From NCBI GenBank assembly GCA_965372135.1, contig CBDVBD010000001.1, positions 3,964 to 67,963 of the forward strand: DNA of 64,000 bases. Reading direction: 5' to 3'. Of this stretch, positions 38,641 to 49,107 are shown piece by piece. Under the pieces are notes generated by a model. The model worked only from the letters and a program-made list of their open reading frames with translations. It was not told where the DNA came from and searched no databases. Origin of the DNA: an uncultured bacterium (GTDB taxonomy: Bacteria > Electryoneota > RPQS01 > CBDVBD01). Made by a program: the position numbers and the translations under genes. Within the stretch, counting starts at the first letter, position 1. Each line of letters opens with the position of its first letter.

Positions 38641-41034
38641 CTGTTTCATAACTACTTAAAAGTGGCTATTCGTAATCTCCTGCGACACAAAGGATACTCC
38701 CTTATCAACATCATAGGTTTGGCGGTGGGGATGGCATGCTGTATTCTGATAATGCTGTGGGTGATGGATGAGTTGAATTATGACCGATACCATGAAAATG
38801 CAAATAATATCTACCGGGTTATCGGAGAACGGCATTACAGTGATCGAAAGGCTGAATTTGCCACCATACCTCCACAGGCATGTGATCTGTTGTTGAATGA
38901 GTTCCCAGAAGTGGTGAAAGCCACCCGGTATTTTGAAACCCGAGGCAGTCATGGAACCTGGCTGATACGACACGGTGATTTAGCTTATTTAGAAAAAACC
39001 AGTGGCGCGGCTGACCCGGCGTTCTTCGAGATATTCGATTTTCCATTCATTTCTGGAGATCCGGCAACCTGTTTAGATGATCCTTTTAACATAGTTATGA
39101 CTGAAACCACCGCAAAAAAGTATTTCAGTGAGGATGAAGCGGTGGGGCAAACTTTGCGGTTGGATGATACTTGGGATTTTATAATTACTGCTGTGATCGA
39201 AGATATACCGCGTAATTCTCATTTTCAATTCGATTTTCTGATGCCGAACACCATTTTCAATGAAATCGGTGGTGACCTGGAAAATTGGAATTTCTGGACA
39301 TTTCATACCTATGTGCTTTTGGATGAACAGGCAAATTATCGTGATGTCAGTGCGAAAATCGGTGATTTGATTGTCCGTCATAACGAGCAGTTACCCAGCA
39401 GGTTGTTTTTGCAGCCGTTAACGGATATCCACCTCAAATCGAAATTCGAAAGAGATGTGGTCGGTCTTAGTGACATTACTTATGTCTATTTATTGTCAGC
39501 TATTGCGGTATTCATTTTACTGATAGCTTGCATCAATTTCATGAACTTAACCACCGCCATTGCCGGCAAGCGAGCCAAGGAAGTCGGTTTACGAAAAGTA
39601 GTGGGCGCAGTTAGGGGCAATTTGATCCGGCAATTTTTAGGGGAGTCTATTCTCCTATCATTTATTGCTCTGGTTGTCGCATTAGCCATAGTGGAAGCCT
39701 TGCTTCCCGTGTTTAACGATCTATTAGCAAAAGAATTAACACTTCATTTATTAGATTCAGGAAAGGTTTTCTTATGGTTACTGGCGATAGCGATACTTAC
39801 AGGAATCGTGTCGGGTAGTTATCCGGCTTTCTTCCTGGCATCTTTTCAACCGGCTACTGTATTGAAAGGCTCCCAGAAAAGCAAGAGTGGTAAAACCTGG
39901 TTCCGAAGAATAACGGTTATTTTTCAGTTCACACTGTCAGTGGCTTTGATAATCTCCACCCTGGTGGTGTACAATCAACTGAAATATATTAGCAACAAAA
40001 AATTGGGATTTGATAAGGACCATCTTGTATATATCAATTGTGCCGGGCAGATGGGCGTTCCACCAAAATTTGATTCAGTGAAACAAGAGTTCCTGAAGAT
40101 TCCAGGTGCCAAGGGTGTAACAAGTATTCTCCAGTTACCGCCGGATATTTATTATGTAGCGAATAACTTTGGATGGCAAGGAAAAGATCCTGAAAACACA
40201 GAATATATACGTTTTGCTAGTACCAGTGATGATTTTACAGATGTATTTCAAATTCCAGTAACCCGGGGCAGATCGTTTTCCCGGGATTTTCTTGGTGATT
40301 CCGCATCGGTGTTGATTAACGAAACGGCTGCAAAAGTGATGGGATATGATAATCCCTTGGGAAAACAAATAACCGCACCCAATATTCAAACTCAGAAAAT
40401 AAATACGTTTACCATTGTCGGTGTTCTGGAGGATTTCCATTTCCGATCATTGCATGAACAAGTTGCACCCCTGGTGGTATTCCGGAACACAAATTTCTTC
40501 AATTACATAGTAGTTCGAATCATCACGGAAGATATAACCGGAACCATGGCGCAACTTCGGAAAACCACCAAGGAAGTTCTGCCAGAATTTCCTCTGGATT
40601 TCCGCTTTTTGGATGAGGACTATGACATATTGTACCGAACCGAATACAGGCTGGGCAGCCTGGCACAATATTCCACCCTGTTGGCGATTTTGATATCCTG
40701 TCTGGGTTTGTTCGGTTTGGCATCCTACACCGTTGAACAACGCACCAAAGAAATCGGGGTCCGCAAAGTATTGGGTGCATCAGTGTCCAATATCGTGCTG
40801 CACCTATCGAAGGAATTTGCATTTTGGGTAATTATCGCCAACATTATCGCTTGGCCGGTTGCCTATTACGCGATGAATCGGTGGCTGGAAAATTTCGCCT
40901 ACCGGATCAATGTAGAGTGGTGGACCTTTGTCACTGCAGGTGTGCTTGCCTTTGTGATTGCGTTCATCACTGTGAGTTTTCAGGCTATCAAAGCAGCGAC
41001 CACTAATCCCGTGGATGCTTTGAGATACGAGTAG
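38641..41034 (+). CDS. MacB/FtsX-type ABC permease (paralog 3); start codon uncertain
   Basis: The ORF track starts at GTG 38662 (MAIRNLLRHK). The conserved N-terminal block NYLKVAIRNL is encoded upstream in the same frame (LFHNYLKV), so the true start is probably a non-ATG codon (CTG 38641, 4 nt after GGAGGG), or the gene has lost its start. Ends NPVDALRYE. Confidence 0.65.
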   Translation: MFHNYLKVAIRNLLRHKGYSLINIIGLAVGMACCILIMLWVMDELNYDRYHENANNIYRVIGERHYSDRKAEFATIPPQACDLLLNEFPEVVKATRYFETRGSHGTWLIRHGDLAYLEKTSGAADPAFFEIFDFPFISGDPATCLDDPFNIVMTETTAKKYFSEDEAVGQTLRLDDTWDFIITAVIEDIPRNSHFQFDFLMPNTIFNEIGGDLENWNFWTFHTYVLLDEQANYRDVSAKIGDLIVRHNEQLPSRLFLQPLTDIHLKSKFERDVVGLSDITYVYLLSAIAVFILLIACINFMNLTTAIAGKRAKEVGLRKVVGAVRGNLIRQFLGESILLSFIALVVALAIVEALLPVFNDLLAKELTLHLLDSGKVFLWLLAIAILTGIVSGSYPAFFLASFQPATVLKGSQKSKSGKTWFRRITVIFQFTLSVALIISTLVVYNQLKYISNKKLGFDKDHLVYINCAGQMGVPPKFDSVKQEFLKIPGAKGVTSILQLPPDIYYVANNFGWQGKDPENTEYIRFASTSDDFTDVFQIPVTRGRSFSRDFLGDSASVLINETAAKVMGYDNPLGKQITAPNIQTQKINTFTIVGVLEDFHFRSLHEQVAPLVVFRNTNFFNYIVVRIITEDITGTMAQLRKTTKEVLPEFPLDFRFLDEDYDILYRTEYRLGSLAQYSTLLAILISCLGLFGLASYTVEQRTKEIGVRKVLGASVSNIVLHLSKEFAFWVIIANIIAWPVAYYAMNRWLENFAYRINVEWWTFVTAGVLAFVIAFITVSFQAIKAATTNPVDALRYE

Positions 41035-41046
41035 AAAAGGACTAAC

Positions 41047-43464
41047 ATGTTCAAAAACTACATTAAAATCGCGGTAAGAAGCCTGCTCCGGCAGAAAGGC
41101 TATTCCTTTATCAATATCGTTGGTCTTGCCATCGGGATGGCAGCCTGCATGCTAATCCTGCTGTTCATCCAGCGTGAGTTATCCTTTGAGAATATGCACA
41201 AAAATGCCGACCGGATTTACCGGGTAATGATCATAGATGCGGCACTGGGAACTCACGGGCAGCGCGCCGGAATAACGTTTCCTGCAGTTGCACCAGACAT
41301 CAAGGGAAAATTCCCGGAAGTGGAAGATGCACTGCGCCTGTCAGGCGGACCGCAGGTGCTGCTTACTTACGGCGACAATTCAGGTATCTTTGCGGACCAG
41401 GTGCGCATGAGCGATCCGAATTTCTTCGAATTTTTCGACTTTCCGTTGTTACAGGGTGATCCTGCTACGGCACTGTTGGAACCCTACACAATTGTATTAA
41501 CCGAGACACTTGCCGATCAGGTATTCGGTGATGAAGACCCCATGGGGAAGACCCTGAGGACAGGTAGAGCGTATGATGTGACTGTTACGGGTGTCCTTCA
41601 GGATCTCCCGGATAACACACATCTGGACTTCGATGCCCTTGGATCCATGTCCACATTGGAATCCAGAGCCCGGGACGACCAGCCCGAAGGATCCACTGAT
41701 CCGATATGGTTGGAAAGCTACAATATTGTCAACATGCCCACATATATGCGCTTGAAAGAAGGCGCTTCGTCGGAAGGGCTCGATGATAAATTCACCCAAA
41801 TGTTACGAGACAACGAAGTGTCGGAGAATTTTTCGATTACGGTACAGCCTCTCCTGGATGTCCATCTGAAATCAACAGATATCATTTTCGATTCCATAGC
41901 CAACAAGGGCGACATCAAAAACATTTATATCTTTTCCATCATCGCATTATTAATCCTGTTGATTGCATCGGTCAATTATATGAACCTTTCCACCGCGCGA
42001 AGCGCCGAACGCGCCAAAGAAGTGGGGCTGCGTAAAGTAGTAGGCTCCATGCGGTCGCAGCTTGTGATGCAATTCTTGGGAGAATCGTTAATTACCACAT
42101 TCATATCATTAGTCATCGCCATCCATATCGCAATTATTGTCCTTCCTTTTCTGAACAATCTTACCGGCGCTTCCATGTCTTTGAATCTAACCGGTAACAT
42201 TGTATTGGATATATTCATCTTGGGAATGCTGCTAATTGTTGGTGCACTGGCGGGATTATATCCAGCATTTGTGCTGGCGAATTTTAAACCGGTAACTGTA
42301 CTGAAGGGAACATTCCATTCCGGGCGGAAGGGTACTTTTCTGCGTAAGGCGCTGGTGGTGTTTCAATTTACCCTCTCCATCGCTTTGATCTGCATGACGG
42401 TGGTGGTGCAGAAGCAAATGCACTATATCCAGAATAAGGATATCGGGTATGATCGCCATCAGGTGGTGGTGTTTGAAACGTACAGTGGGACAATGAGGGA
42501 GAATTTGGGTACGTTTCGTGACGAAATAGTCAAACACAGTGCTTTTGTTTCCGCAGCAACTTCTACCAATATTCCCGGCAGAACCTTTGGGCGTACAGGG
42601 GTGATACCTGAAGGTGCTTCTGAGGAGGAGATCTGGATACTCAGTCAAATGACCATCAGTCCGGAAACAATCGAAGCATTGGGAATGGAAATTGTCGAAG
42701 GGCGGAATTTCAGCCGGGAACGCTCCACTGACACCAGCGGCGTGGTGTTGGTAAACGAAGCAGCGGTTCGGCATATCGGATGGGATAAACCACTGGGGAA
42801 AAAGTTCTACTTCGACGATGATGATTCCATTGGGGCAGAGATAATAGGAGTAGTTAAGGATTACCACTTTATCGAAATGCGCCAGAATATAGAACCGGTT
42901 ATCATGTTTCCGTTAGCCGGTTCCCCGGGGAATCTTCTTGCGGCACGGATTCAGTCGGGACGGATTCCTGAAGCGATGGCGTACGCCGAAGAGAAATGGC
43001 ACGAATCGTTCCCCGAATATCCGTTTTCCTATACCTTCATGGACGAGGAGTTCGACAACCTTTATCGGCGTGATATAAACACCAGTAAAATCGTCAACAT
43101 CTTTTCCGGATTGGCGATTTTCATCGCCTGTCTGGGATTGTTCGGTCTCGCCAGCCATTCCACCACCCAACGTATTAAAGAAATCGGCGTGCGAAAAGTC
43201 TTGGGAGCTTCCATACCCGTCATTATCCGGTTGCTGGTTTTGGATTTTATCAAATGCGTGGCATTGTCGAATCTGTTTGCCTTACCCCTTGCCTGGTATG
43301 TTTCGTCCAAATGGTTGCAAGGATTCGCCTACCGGGTGGAGTTGAATCCTGCTCCCTTTGTGGTGGCAAGTCTGGCAGCTCTGGCAATTGCTGTATTGAC
43401 CGTCTTGAGCCAATCATGGCACGCTGCGCTATTAAATCCAGCCAAAGCTCTAAGATACGAATAG
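41047..43464 (+). CDS. MacB/FtsX-type ABC permease (paralog 4)
   Basis: 805 aa. N-terminus MFKNYIKIAVRSLLRQK. FtsX blocks present. Ends NPAKALRYE. Confidence 0.8.
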   Translation: MFKNYIKIAVRSLLRQKGYSFINIVGLAIGMAACMLILLFIQRELSFENMHKNADRIYRVMIIDAALGTHGQRAGITFPAVAPDIKGKFPEVEDALRLSGGPQVLLTYGDNSGIFADQVRMSDPNFFEFFDFPLLQGDPATALLEPYTIVLTETLADQVFGDEDPMGKTLRTGRAYDVTVTGVLQDLPDNTHLDFDALGSMSTLESRARDDQPEGSTDPIWLESYNIVNMPTYMRLKEGASSEGLDDKFTQMLRDNEVSENFSITVQPLLDVHLKSTDIIFDSIANKGDIKNIYIFSIIALLILLIASVNYMNLSTARSAERAKEVGLRKVVGSMRSQLVMQFLGESLITTFISLVIAIHIAIIVLPFLNNLTGASMSLNLTGNIVLDIFILGMLLIVGALAGLYPAFVLANFKPVTVLKGTFHSGRKGTFLRKALVVFQFTLSIALICMTVVVQKQMHYIQNKDIGYDRHQVVVFETYSGTMRENLGTFRDEIVKHSAFVSAATSTNIPGRTFGRTGVIPEGASEEEIWILSQMTISPETIEALGMEIVEGRNFSRERSTDTSGVVLVNEAAVRHIGWDKPLGKKFYFDDDDSIGAEIIGVVKDYHFIEMRQNIEPVIMFPLAGSPGNLLAARIQSGRIPEAMAYAEEKWHESFPEYPFSYTFMDEEFDNLYRRDINTSKIVNIFSGLAIFIACLGLFGLASHSTTQRIKEIGVRKVLGASIPVIIRLLVLDFIKCVALSNLFALPLAWYVSSKWLQGFAYRVELNPAPFVVASLAALAIAVLTVLSQSWHAALLNPAKALRYE

Positions 43465-43474
43465 GAGAGGAAAT

Positions 43475-45826
43475 ATGTTTCGCAATTATTTCAAAATAGC
43501 AGCCCGAAACCTGGTTCGGAACAAAGGATATTCCTTCATCAATATCTTCGGTCTTGCCATCGGCATGGCGTGCACCATTTTAATTCTTTTATGGGTGCAG
43601 CATGAACTGAGTTACGACCGATTTCATGAAAATGCCGACCGGATTTATCGTATTAACAAGCAATATCAAATGGGCAACGAAGTCGATGCCAACTCTTCGA
43701 CCCCCTATCCGTTGGCGAATACTGCGAAGGAGTCCTTTGCGGAAATTACTGAAGCAACAAAATTTACTTACCGAAGTGCCCTGGTAAAGTATCAAGACAA
43801 GGTCTTCAAAGAAAACCACGTATGTTTTGCCGATTCCGCATTTTTTCGAGTGTTTCGATTTCAGGCGATAGAAGGGGATCCGAATATCGCCCTCACTGAT
43901 CCCAACTCTCTGGTAATCACGCAGAATCTCGCAGAAAAATATTTTGGCACTGAACCAGCACTGGGGAAAACTGTTACCGTGGATAATTTACAGGATTTTA
44001 CCGTATCCGCCATAATCCAAGACATTCCCGAGAATTCCGAGCTTCAGCATAACCTGTTTATCCCCGTCTCATTTGTAGTAGAAAGAGAATCCGAGGGTGA
44101 AACTGATTGGGGTTCCCATTGGTTCATAACCTACATTTTACTGCATCAGAATGCCAATCCCTCCGAATTGGAAGCGAAACTTTCTGCGATGATAAAGGAA
44201 AAACTCGAAACGGAACAAACGTCGTTAAGACTGCAGCCGTTGACAGGGGTCCATCTCTACACACCCATGGGGGAAAGTGTTGGTCTGAAATATGTGTATT
44301 TCTTCTCCATTATTGCAATTGTCATCCTGGGGATTGCTTGTATCAATTACATGAATCTCGCCACCGCCAGGTCAGCGAAACGTGCCAAAGAAGTAGGCTT
44401 GAGGAAGGTTGTGGGCGCAAAAAGAACCCAAATCATCTATCAGTTTTTCGGGGAATCGCTCCTGTTTTCGGTGATAGCGTTGATAGTAGCAGTGTTTTTA
44501 GTCGAATTGGCTCTTCCCGCTTTTAGCAACCTAACCGGAAAAGAACTTCATTTTAACTACATGGATTACAGATTTGGATTGCTTGCTGTTGTTATCGTTG
44601 GAATTACCGGAATAATATCCGGGATATATCCCGCGGTATTTCTATCCTCCCTATCACCCGTCACCACATTGAAGGGAACATTGCAGCGTAATCTATTGGG
44701 ATTACTGCTTAGAAAAGGGTTGGTAATAATCCAGTTTTCCCTTGCCATTATCTTAATGATTGGCACCGGAATCATCTTTTCACAACTGAGATACATCCAG
44801 AATAAAGATTTGGGGTTCGATAAAGACCATTTGATGTACTTACCTTTACCACGAGAATTACGAAACAGTTTCGATGCCGCGAAAGCCGAACTTCTTGAAA
44901 TTCCCGATATTCTTGGAATTACCAGGTCAATGGGCTTCCCCAATGATGTTGGAGCGATTATCCGGGGGATCGTCTGGGAAGGAAAGGAGACTGATGAAGG
45001 GGCTGCGTTTGCCTTCGAAACCATTGACCAGGATTATATTGAGACCGTAGGTCTGGAAATCGTCCAGGGCAGAAATTTCTCCCACGATTTTCCCGATGAC
45101 ACCCTGAACTACATACTGAATGAAAAAGCTATTGGGGTGATGGGGATGGAAAACCCAATTGGAAAACCATTCAATATAGATGACGAAGCGGAAGTGAATG
45201 GGGTTATTGTCGGTGTGGTGAAGAATTTTCATTCTAAGCCGCTTAACTACGAGATTGAACCGTTGATGTTTATGATGTACCCGGATTATTATCGTCGGAT
45301 ACTGATCAGGACTAATCCCAAAAACATCAAAAACACAATTAAACATATCGAAAGCGTGTGGAAAAAATTCGTACCGGATTATCCGTTTGAATACCGCTTC
45401 CTGAATGAAGATTTTGACAGTGCCTATCGTGCTGAACAACGTGCCGGAACTCTTTTTGGATATTTTGTAGTCCTTGCCATCTTACTGTCCTGTTTGGGGT
45501 TGTTCGGTTTGACGTCGTTCAGTACCGAACAACGCACCAAGGAAATCGGGGTTCGAAAAGTGTTGGGAGCGACGGTGCCCGCTATTGTGGTTATGCTGTC
45601 TAAGGAATTTACCAAATGGGTGCTGTTGGCAAACATCATCGCCTGGCCCATCGGTTATTTCATCATGAAGAAGTGGTTGGAGAATTTCGCGTACCGGGTG
45701 GACATTGGAATTGAGATATTCATTGGTTCTGCGGTGCTTGCATTGGCGATTGCCACGTTGACCATCAGCTACCAGTCGATAAAAGCAGCTATTGCAAATC
45801 CAATAAAAGCACTGAGATACGAATAA
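43475..45826 (+). CDS. MacB/FtsX-type ABC permease (paralog 5)
   Basis: 783 aa. N-terminus MFRNYFKIAARNLVRNK. Ends NPIKALRYE. RBS GGAGAGG. Confidence 0.8.
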   Translation: MFRNYFKIAARNLVRNKGYSFINIFGLAIGMACTILILLWVQHELSYDRFHENADRIYRINKQYQMGNEVDANSSTPYPLANTAKESFAEITEATKFTYRSALVKYQDKVFKENHVCFADSAFFRVFRFQAIEGDPNIALTDPNSLVITQNLAEKYFGTEPALGKTVTVDNLQDFTVSAIIQDIPENSELQHNLFIPVSFVVERESEGETDWGSHWFITYILLHQNANPSELEAKLSAMIKEKLETEQTSLRLQPLTGVHLYTPMGESVGLKYVYFFSIIAIVILGIACINYMNLATARSAKRAKEVGLRKVVGAKRTQIIYQFFGESLLFSVIALIVAVFLVELALPAFSNLTGKELHFNYMDYRFGLLAVVIVGITGIISGIYPAVFLSSLSPVTTLKGTLQRNLLGLLLRKGLVIIQFSLAIILMIGTGIIFSQLRYIQNKDLGFDKDHLMYLPLPRELRNSFDAAKAELLEIPDILGITRSMGFPNDVGAIIRGIVWEGKETDEGAAFAFETIDQDYIETVGLEIVQGRNFSHDFPDDTLNYILNEKAIGVMGMENPIGKPFNIDDEAEVNGVIVGVVKNFHSKPLNYEIEPLMFMMYPDYYRRILIRTNPKNIKNTIKHIESVWKKFVPDYPFEYRFLNEDFDSAYRAEQRAGTLFGYFVVLAILLSCLGLFGLTSFSTEQRTKEIGVRKVLGATVPAIVVMLSKEFTKWVLLANIIAWPIGYFIMKKWLENFAYRVDIGIEIFIGSAVLALAIATLTISYQSIKAAIANPIKALRYE

Positions 45827-45887
45827 ATAAAATCAAATACATAAAATACCACCTTGATAAATGCACTGAGGAGATTGGAATACTTAA

Positions 45888-48161
45888 GTGACCTTTTGGA
45901 ACAAATTCGGATTCTCTTTATTATTAGCACTTTGCTCCTGCCATTTAGCCTTGGCGGATAATCCCATCCGTGGATTTGTAGTGGATGCCACCAGCGCTGA
46001 ACCACTACCGGTAGCAAATGTAGTAATCGAGGGAACCCAACGGGGAGCATTCACCAACCTGGACGGCTATTTCGTGATCGATCACCTGGAACCCGGTGAG
46101 TATACCCTTCACTTGTCACATCTTGGATACCAAACCACCGTGGTGAAGATCGTGGTGTCTGAAACGCTGATGGAACCGATAACCTTCGAATTAACCCCCA
46201 CAGCCATCGAACTGGAAGCAGCAGAAGTGACTGTGAAAAGAAGGGACGTGCGCAGAGCCCCCACTGTTTCCAGTGTGCCGTTAACCGGAAGTACTCTTCG
46301 AAGATTACCGTTGCTGGCGGTGGAATCTGATGTACTCCGAGCCGTGCAAGCCATTCCCGGCGTCAAAACCTCATCAGAGCTGTCCAGTAGTATCTACGTA
46401 CGGGGTGGAAGTCCTGACCAGACCTTGATACTCTTGGACCACAATGTGATCTACAATCCCAATCACCTGTTCGGAATCTTCAGCACCTTCAATGCCGATG
46501 TCACCAAACGTGTCAATTTGATGAAAGGCGGTTTCCCCGCTGAATATGGAGGGCGATCCGGGAGCGTCTTGGAGATAGTCACCAACGAAGGAAATCGTAA
46601 AGAATTCACAGGTCAAGCGTCGGTGGGTATTGTGTCCGCTCGGTTGGCACTGGAAGGTCCTCTGCCCGGGAACAAAGGATCCTACGCCATTTCCGGGCGA
46701 CGGAGCTACGTGGATCCTCTGGTGAAGTTCCTGCTTGCGGAAGGCATCGATTTGGACATTCCGGACTATTTCTTCTATGACACCAATGGCAAATTAAACA
46801 TTGACTTATCCAAAAAAAGCACCCTAAACTTATCCGGATATTGGGGCAAGGATGACCTCTATGTAAATTATGGTCCGGAGAGCAATCAGACTGATGTAAA
46901 TATGCAATGGGGTAACGGCTTATTCACCAGTCGTTTCCGTCATGTCCTGGGTCGGAATTTGTTCCTTTCTGCCAATGCTGCCGTCAGTCGTTATCGTTCG
47001 GAATCCAGCGAAGAAAATCATGGTGTGTTCGTATCGGAAACCGATGACACACTTCTGGACTATCTGTTAAAAGTCGATTTGGAATTTTTGGGCAACGACG
47101 ACCACCGCATAAAGACCGGTGTGGCGGTGAACCGCTACGATTTCACCTTGAATGCAAGAGAACTCGGTGTGACGGAAGCACAGGTCGATGAAATCAGCCA
47201 TTTGTATTCGGCATACATTCAAGATGGCTGGCGAATCAGTGCACATTTCGAAATGAAGCCCGGGTTGCGGGTATATTATTATGATAAAGGGAATTACATC
47301 GAATTCGACCCCCGCTTAGCTTGTGTCTATCATTACACTACCGACATGCGCTTCAAAATCGGAGGAGGACGCTACACCCAGTTTATAAATCTCCTCAATT
47401 TCGGTGAGGGGATGAGCAACTACGACATCTGGGTGCCGGTGGATGAATCCCTGGGACCGTCCCGTTCCGATCAATTGGTGGTAGGATTTGAGTGGGAACC
47501 TTCGAACAAGTATGAATTCACCGCGGAAGCCTACTACACCGACATGAATAATATCGTCGAATATAACCGGGTTCGCACCAAAGAAGTCGAAACTGCCAGT
47601 GATGTGTTCCTCCCAGGTGGTGACGGTTATGCCTATGGTATGGAATGGATGTTCCAACGCACTGCTGGTCGTCTGACCGGATGGTTGGGTTATTCACTCG
47701 CTTGGACTAAACGACGGTTCGAAGGAACATACCTGAACAATGGTAACTGGTACTACCCCATCTGGGACCGTCGACACGATTTCATTGCGGTGGCAAATTA
47801 TATCCTGAATCAACGCTGGGAGTTTTCCGGAAGTTGGAGGTTTCACACTGGGCAAGGATATACTCAAGAACTGGGAATATATCCCAGCCGATATACCAGC
47901 TATGGATATGACCGCCAAATTTTATACGGTGACCTGAACAATTACCGGTTTCCGACGGATCATCGGTTGGACATCGCCGCGGCATTCCATCACGAATTCT
48001 GGACCGGACATCCCGCGACAGTGCGGTTTGGATTATACAATGTCTATAGCCGCCGGAGTTACTGGCGACGTTCGGTAAGCACCAAAAAGAATCCTGTGGA
48101 AATTGAGGATGTCAGACTGCTGCCGATTCTTCCTATGTTCAATTATGAAGTGAGGTTCTAA
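45888..48161 (+). CDS. TonB-dependent-receptor-like outer-membrane protein (CarboxypepD_reg domain + plug + barrel)
   Basis: Signal peptide. CarboxypepD_reg-like block IRGFVVDATSAEPLPVANVVIEGTQRGAFTNLDGYFVI. Plug motifs (SSIYVRGGSPDQTLILLDHNVIYNPNHLFG). C-terminal aromatic residue (..YEVRF). Confidence 0.7.
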   Translation: MTFWNKFGFSLLLALCSCHLALADNPIRGFVVDATSAEPLPVANVVIEGTQRGAFTNLDGYFVIDHLEPGEYTLHLSHLGYQTTVVKIVVSETLMEPITFELTPTAIELEAAEVTVKRRDVRRAPTVSSVPLTGSTLRRLPLLAVESDVLRAVQAIPGVKTSSELSSSIYVRGGSPDQTLILLDHNVIYNPNHLFGIFSTFNADVTKRVNLMKGGFPAEYGGRSGSVLEIVTNEGNRKEFTGQASVGIVSARLALEGPLPGNKGSYAISGRRSYVDPLVKFLLAEGIDLDIPDYFFYDTNGKLNIDLSKKSTLNLSGYWGKDDLYVNYGPESNQTDVNMQWGNGLFTSRFRHVLGRNLFLSANAAVSRYRSESSEENHGVFVSETDDTLLDYLLKVDLEFLGNDDHRIKTGVAVNRYDFTLNARELGVTEAQVDEISHLYSAYIQDGWRISAHFEMKPGLRVYYYDKGNYIEFDPRLACVYHYTTDMRFKIGGGRYTQFINLLNFGEGMSNYDIWVPVDESLGPSRSDQLVVGFEWEPSNKYEFTAEAYYTDMNNIVEYNRVRTKEVETASDVFLPGGDGYAYGMEWMFQRTAGRLTGWLGYSLAWTKRRFEGTYLNNGNWYYPIWDRRHDFIAVANYILNQRWEFSGSWRFHTGQGYTQELGIYPSRYTSYGYDRQILYGDLNNYRFPTDHRLDIAAAFHHEFWTGHPATVRFGLYNVYSRRSYWRRSVSTKKNPVEIEDVRLLPILPMFNYEVRF

Positions 48162-49076
48162 ATGAGCGATTTCTTGACTTTCGCAGAACCTGCACGTTCA
48201 TATAGAACCCTGTGGTTGCTGATTCCGGGCTTAATCTTAATTCTGTTAGTATCCAGTTGCGAAAAAAATCCCACCGAAGTGGAAGAATACATTCGCGAAC
48301 CGGTTCTGTCCGCGTTTATCCATAACGGGAAAAGGGTGGATTACATCTTTCTTGACCGGGTGGCGTCGTTGGATGCGGTCTATCATCCGGATGATTGGTT
48401 CATTTTCGGTGCAGACGTAAAGATGTTTCCGGTTGATAATCCAGCAGCCGGAGATACTATTCATTTCCGGGAATATTATCGGTTTGTCGAGGGATGGGTG
48501 TACACTCCGGACCCGGGGAACCATTTGTACCCCCAGGCGTTCGTGCGCTATCGGATCGAAGCACGAAAACCCGACGAGAACATTTACCTGTGGGCGGAAA
48601 CGATGATGCCCGATACCTTTTCTATCACTGTGACAAACCATGAAGTTATCAACGACACTATCTGGATTCCGCTGGATTGGAACGATCCTCCCTTAGAACT
48701 GATTTGGACAAAAGCAGATTCCGCCGGAGGGTACGTTCTCCGAACCATGTGCCAAAATATTGACCCCTTGACACAAAATGTCTTGCCGTGTATTCCACTT
48801 GATCCAAATTACGAAATTGGGGAAGAACCTGACCTTCAATATCTCGAGGTGGTTGGAAGAAGTGCACGTAGCGTGACAGTACCTTGGTTGGCAGTCAATT
48901 ATACAGATCATAACTTGATCGAAATCCAAGCCACCAGCTTGGATTACATCGAATATTTGGAGTCGCTGTTTAATTTTCAGGAATCCAATCCTATATCCAA
49001 CGTCCATGGCGGGCGTGGTGTGTTTGCCGGATTCTCAACCGACCATATCATACTAACAATGCAATCGGTCAAGTAG
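48162..49076 (+). CDS. Lipoprotein partner of the TonB-dependent-like barrel (DUF4249-like context)
   Basis: ATG directly after the upstream stop. Lipobox LLVSSC. Adjacency to a CarboxypepD_reg barrel is typical of DUF4249 lipoproteins. The domain call itself is low-confidence. Confidence 0.4.
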   Translation: MSDFLTFAEPARSYRTLWLLIPGLILILLVSSCEKNPTEVEEYIREPVLSAFIHNGKRVDYIFLDRVASLDAVYHPDDWFIFGADVKMFPVDNPAAGDTIHFREYYRFVEGWVYTPDPGNHLYPQAFVRYRIEARKPDENIYLWAETMMPDTFSITVTNHEVINDTIWIPLDWNDPPLELIWTKADSAGGYVLRTMCQNIDPLTQNVLPCIPLDPNYEIGEEPDLQYLEVVGRSARSVTVPWLAVNYTDHNLIEIQATSLDYIEYLESLFNFQESNPISNVHGGRGVFAGFSTDHIILTMQSVK

Positions 49077-49107
49077 AGACCAATTGCCACAAAGAAAGAG
49101 GGATGAT

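Noticed and set aside
42256-42867. 203-aa minus-strand ORF inside permease paralog 4. Similar antisense ORFs occur at 44927-45439, 28519-29145, 33834-34142 and elsewhere.
   Set aside because: They lie entirely antisense to strongly supported permease or adaptor genes, with no RBS, motif or independent conservation signal. These are typical spurious ORFs in long coding regions.
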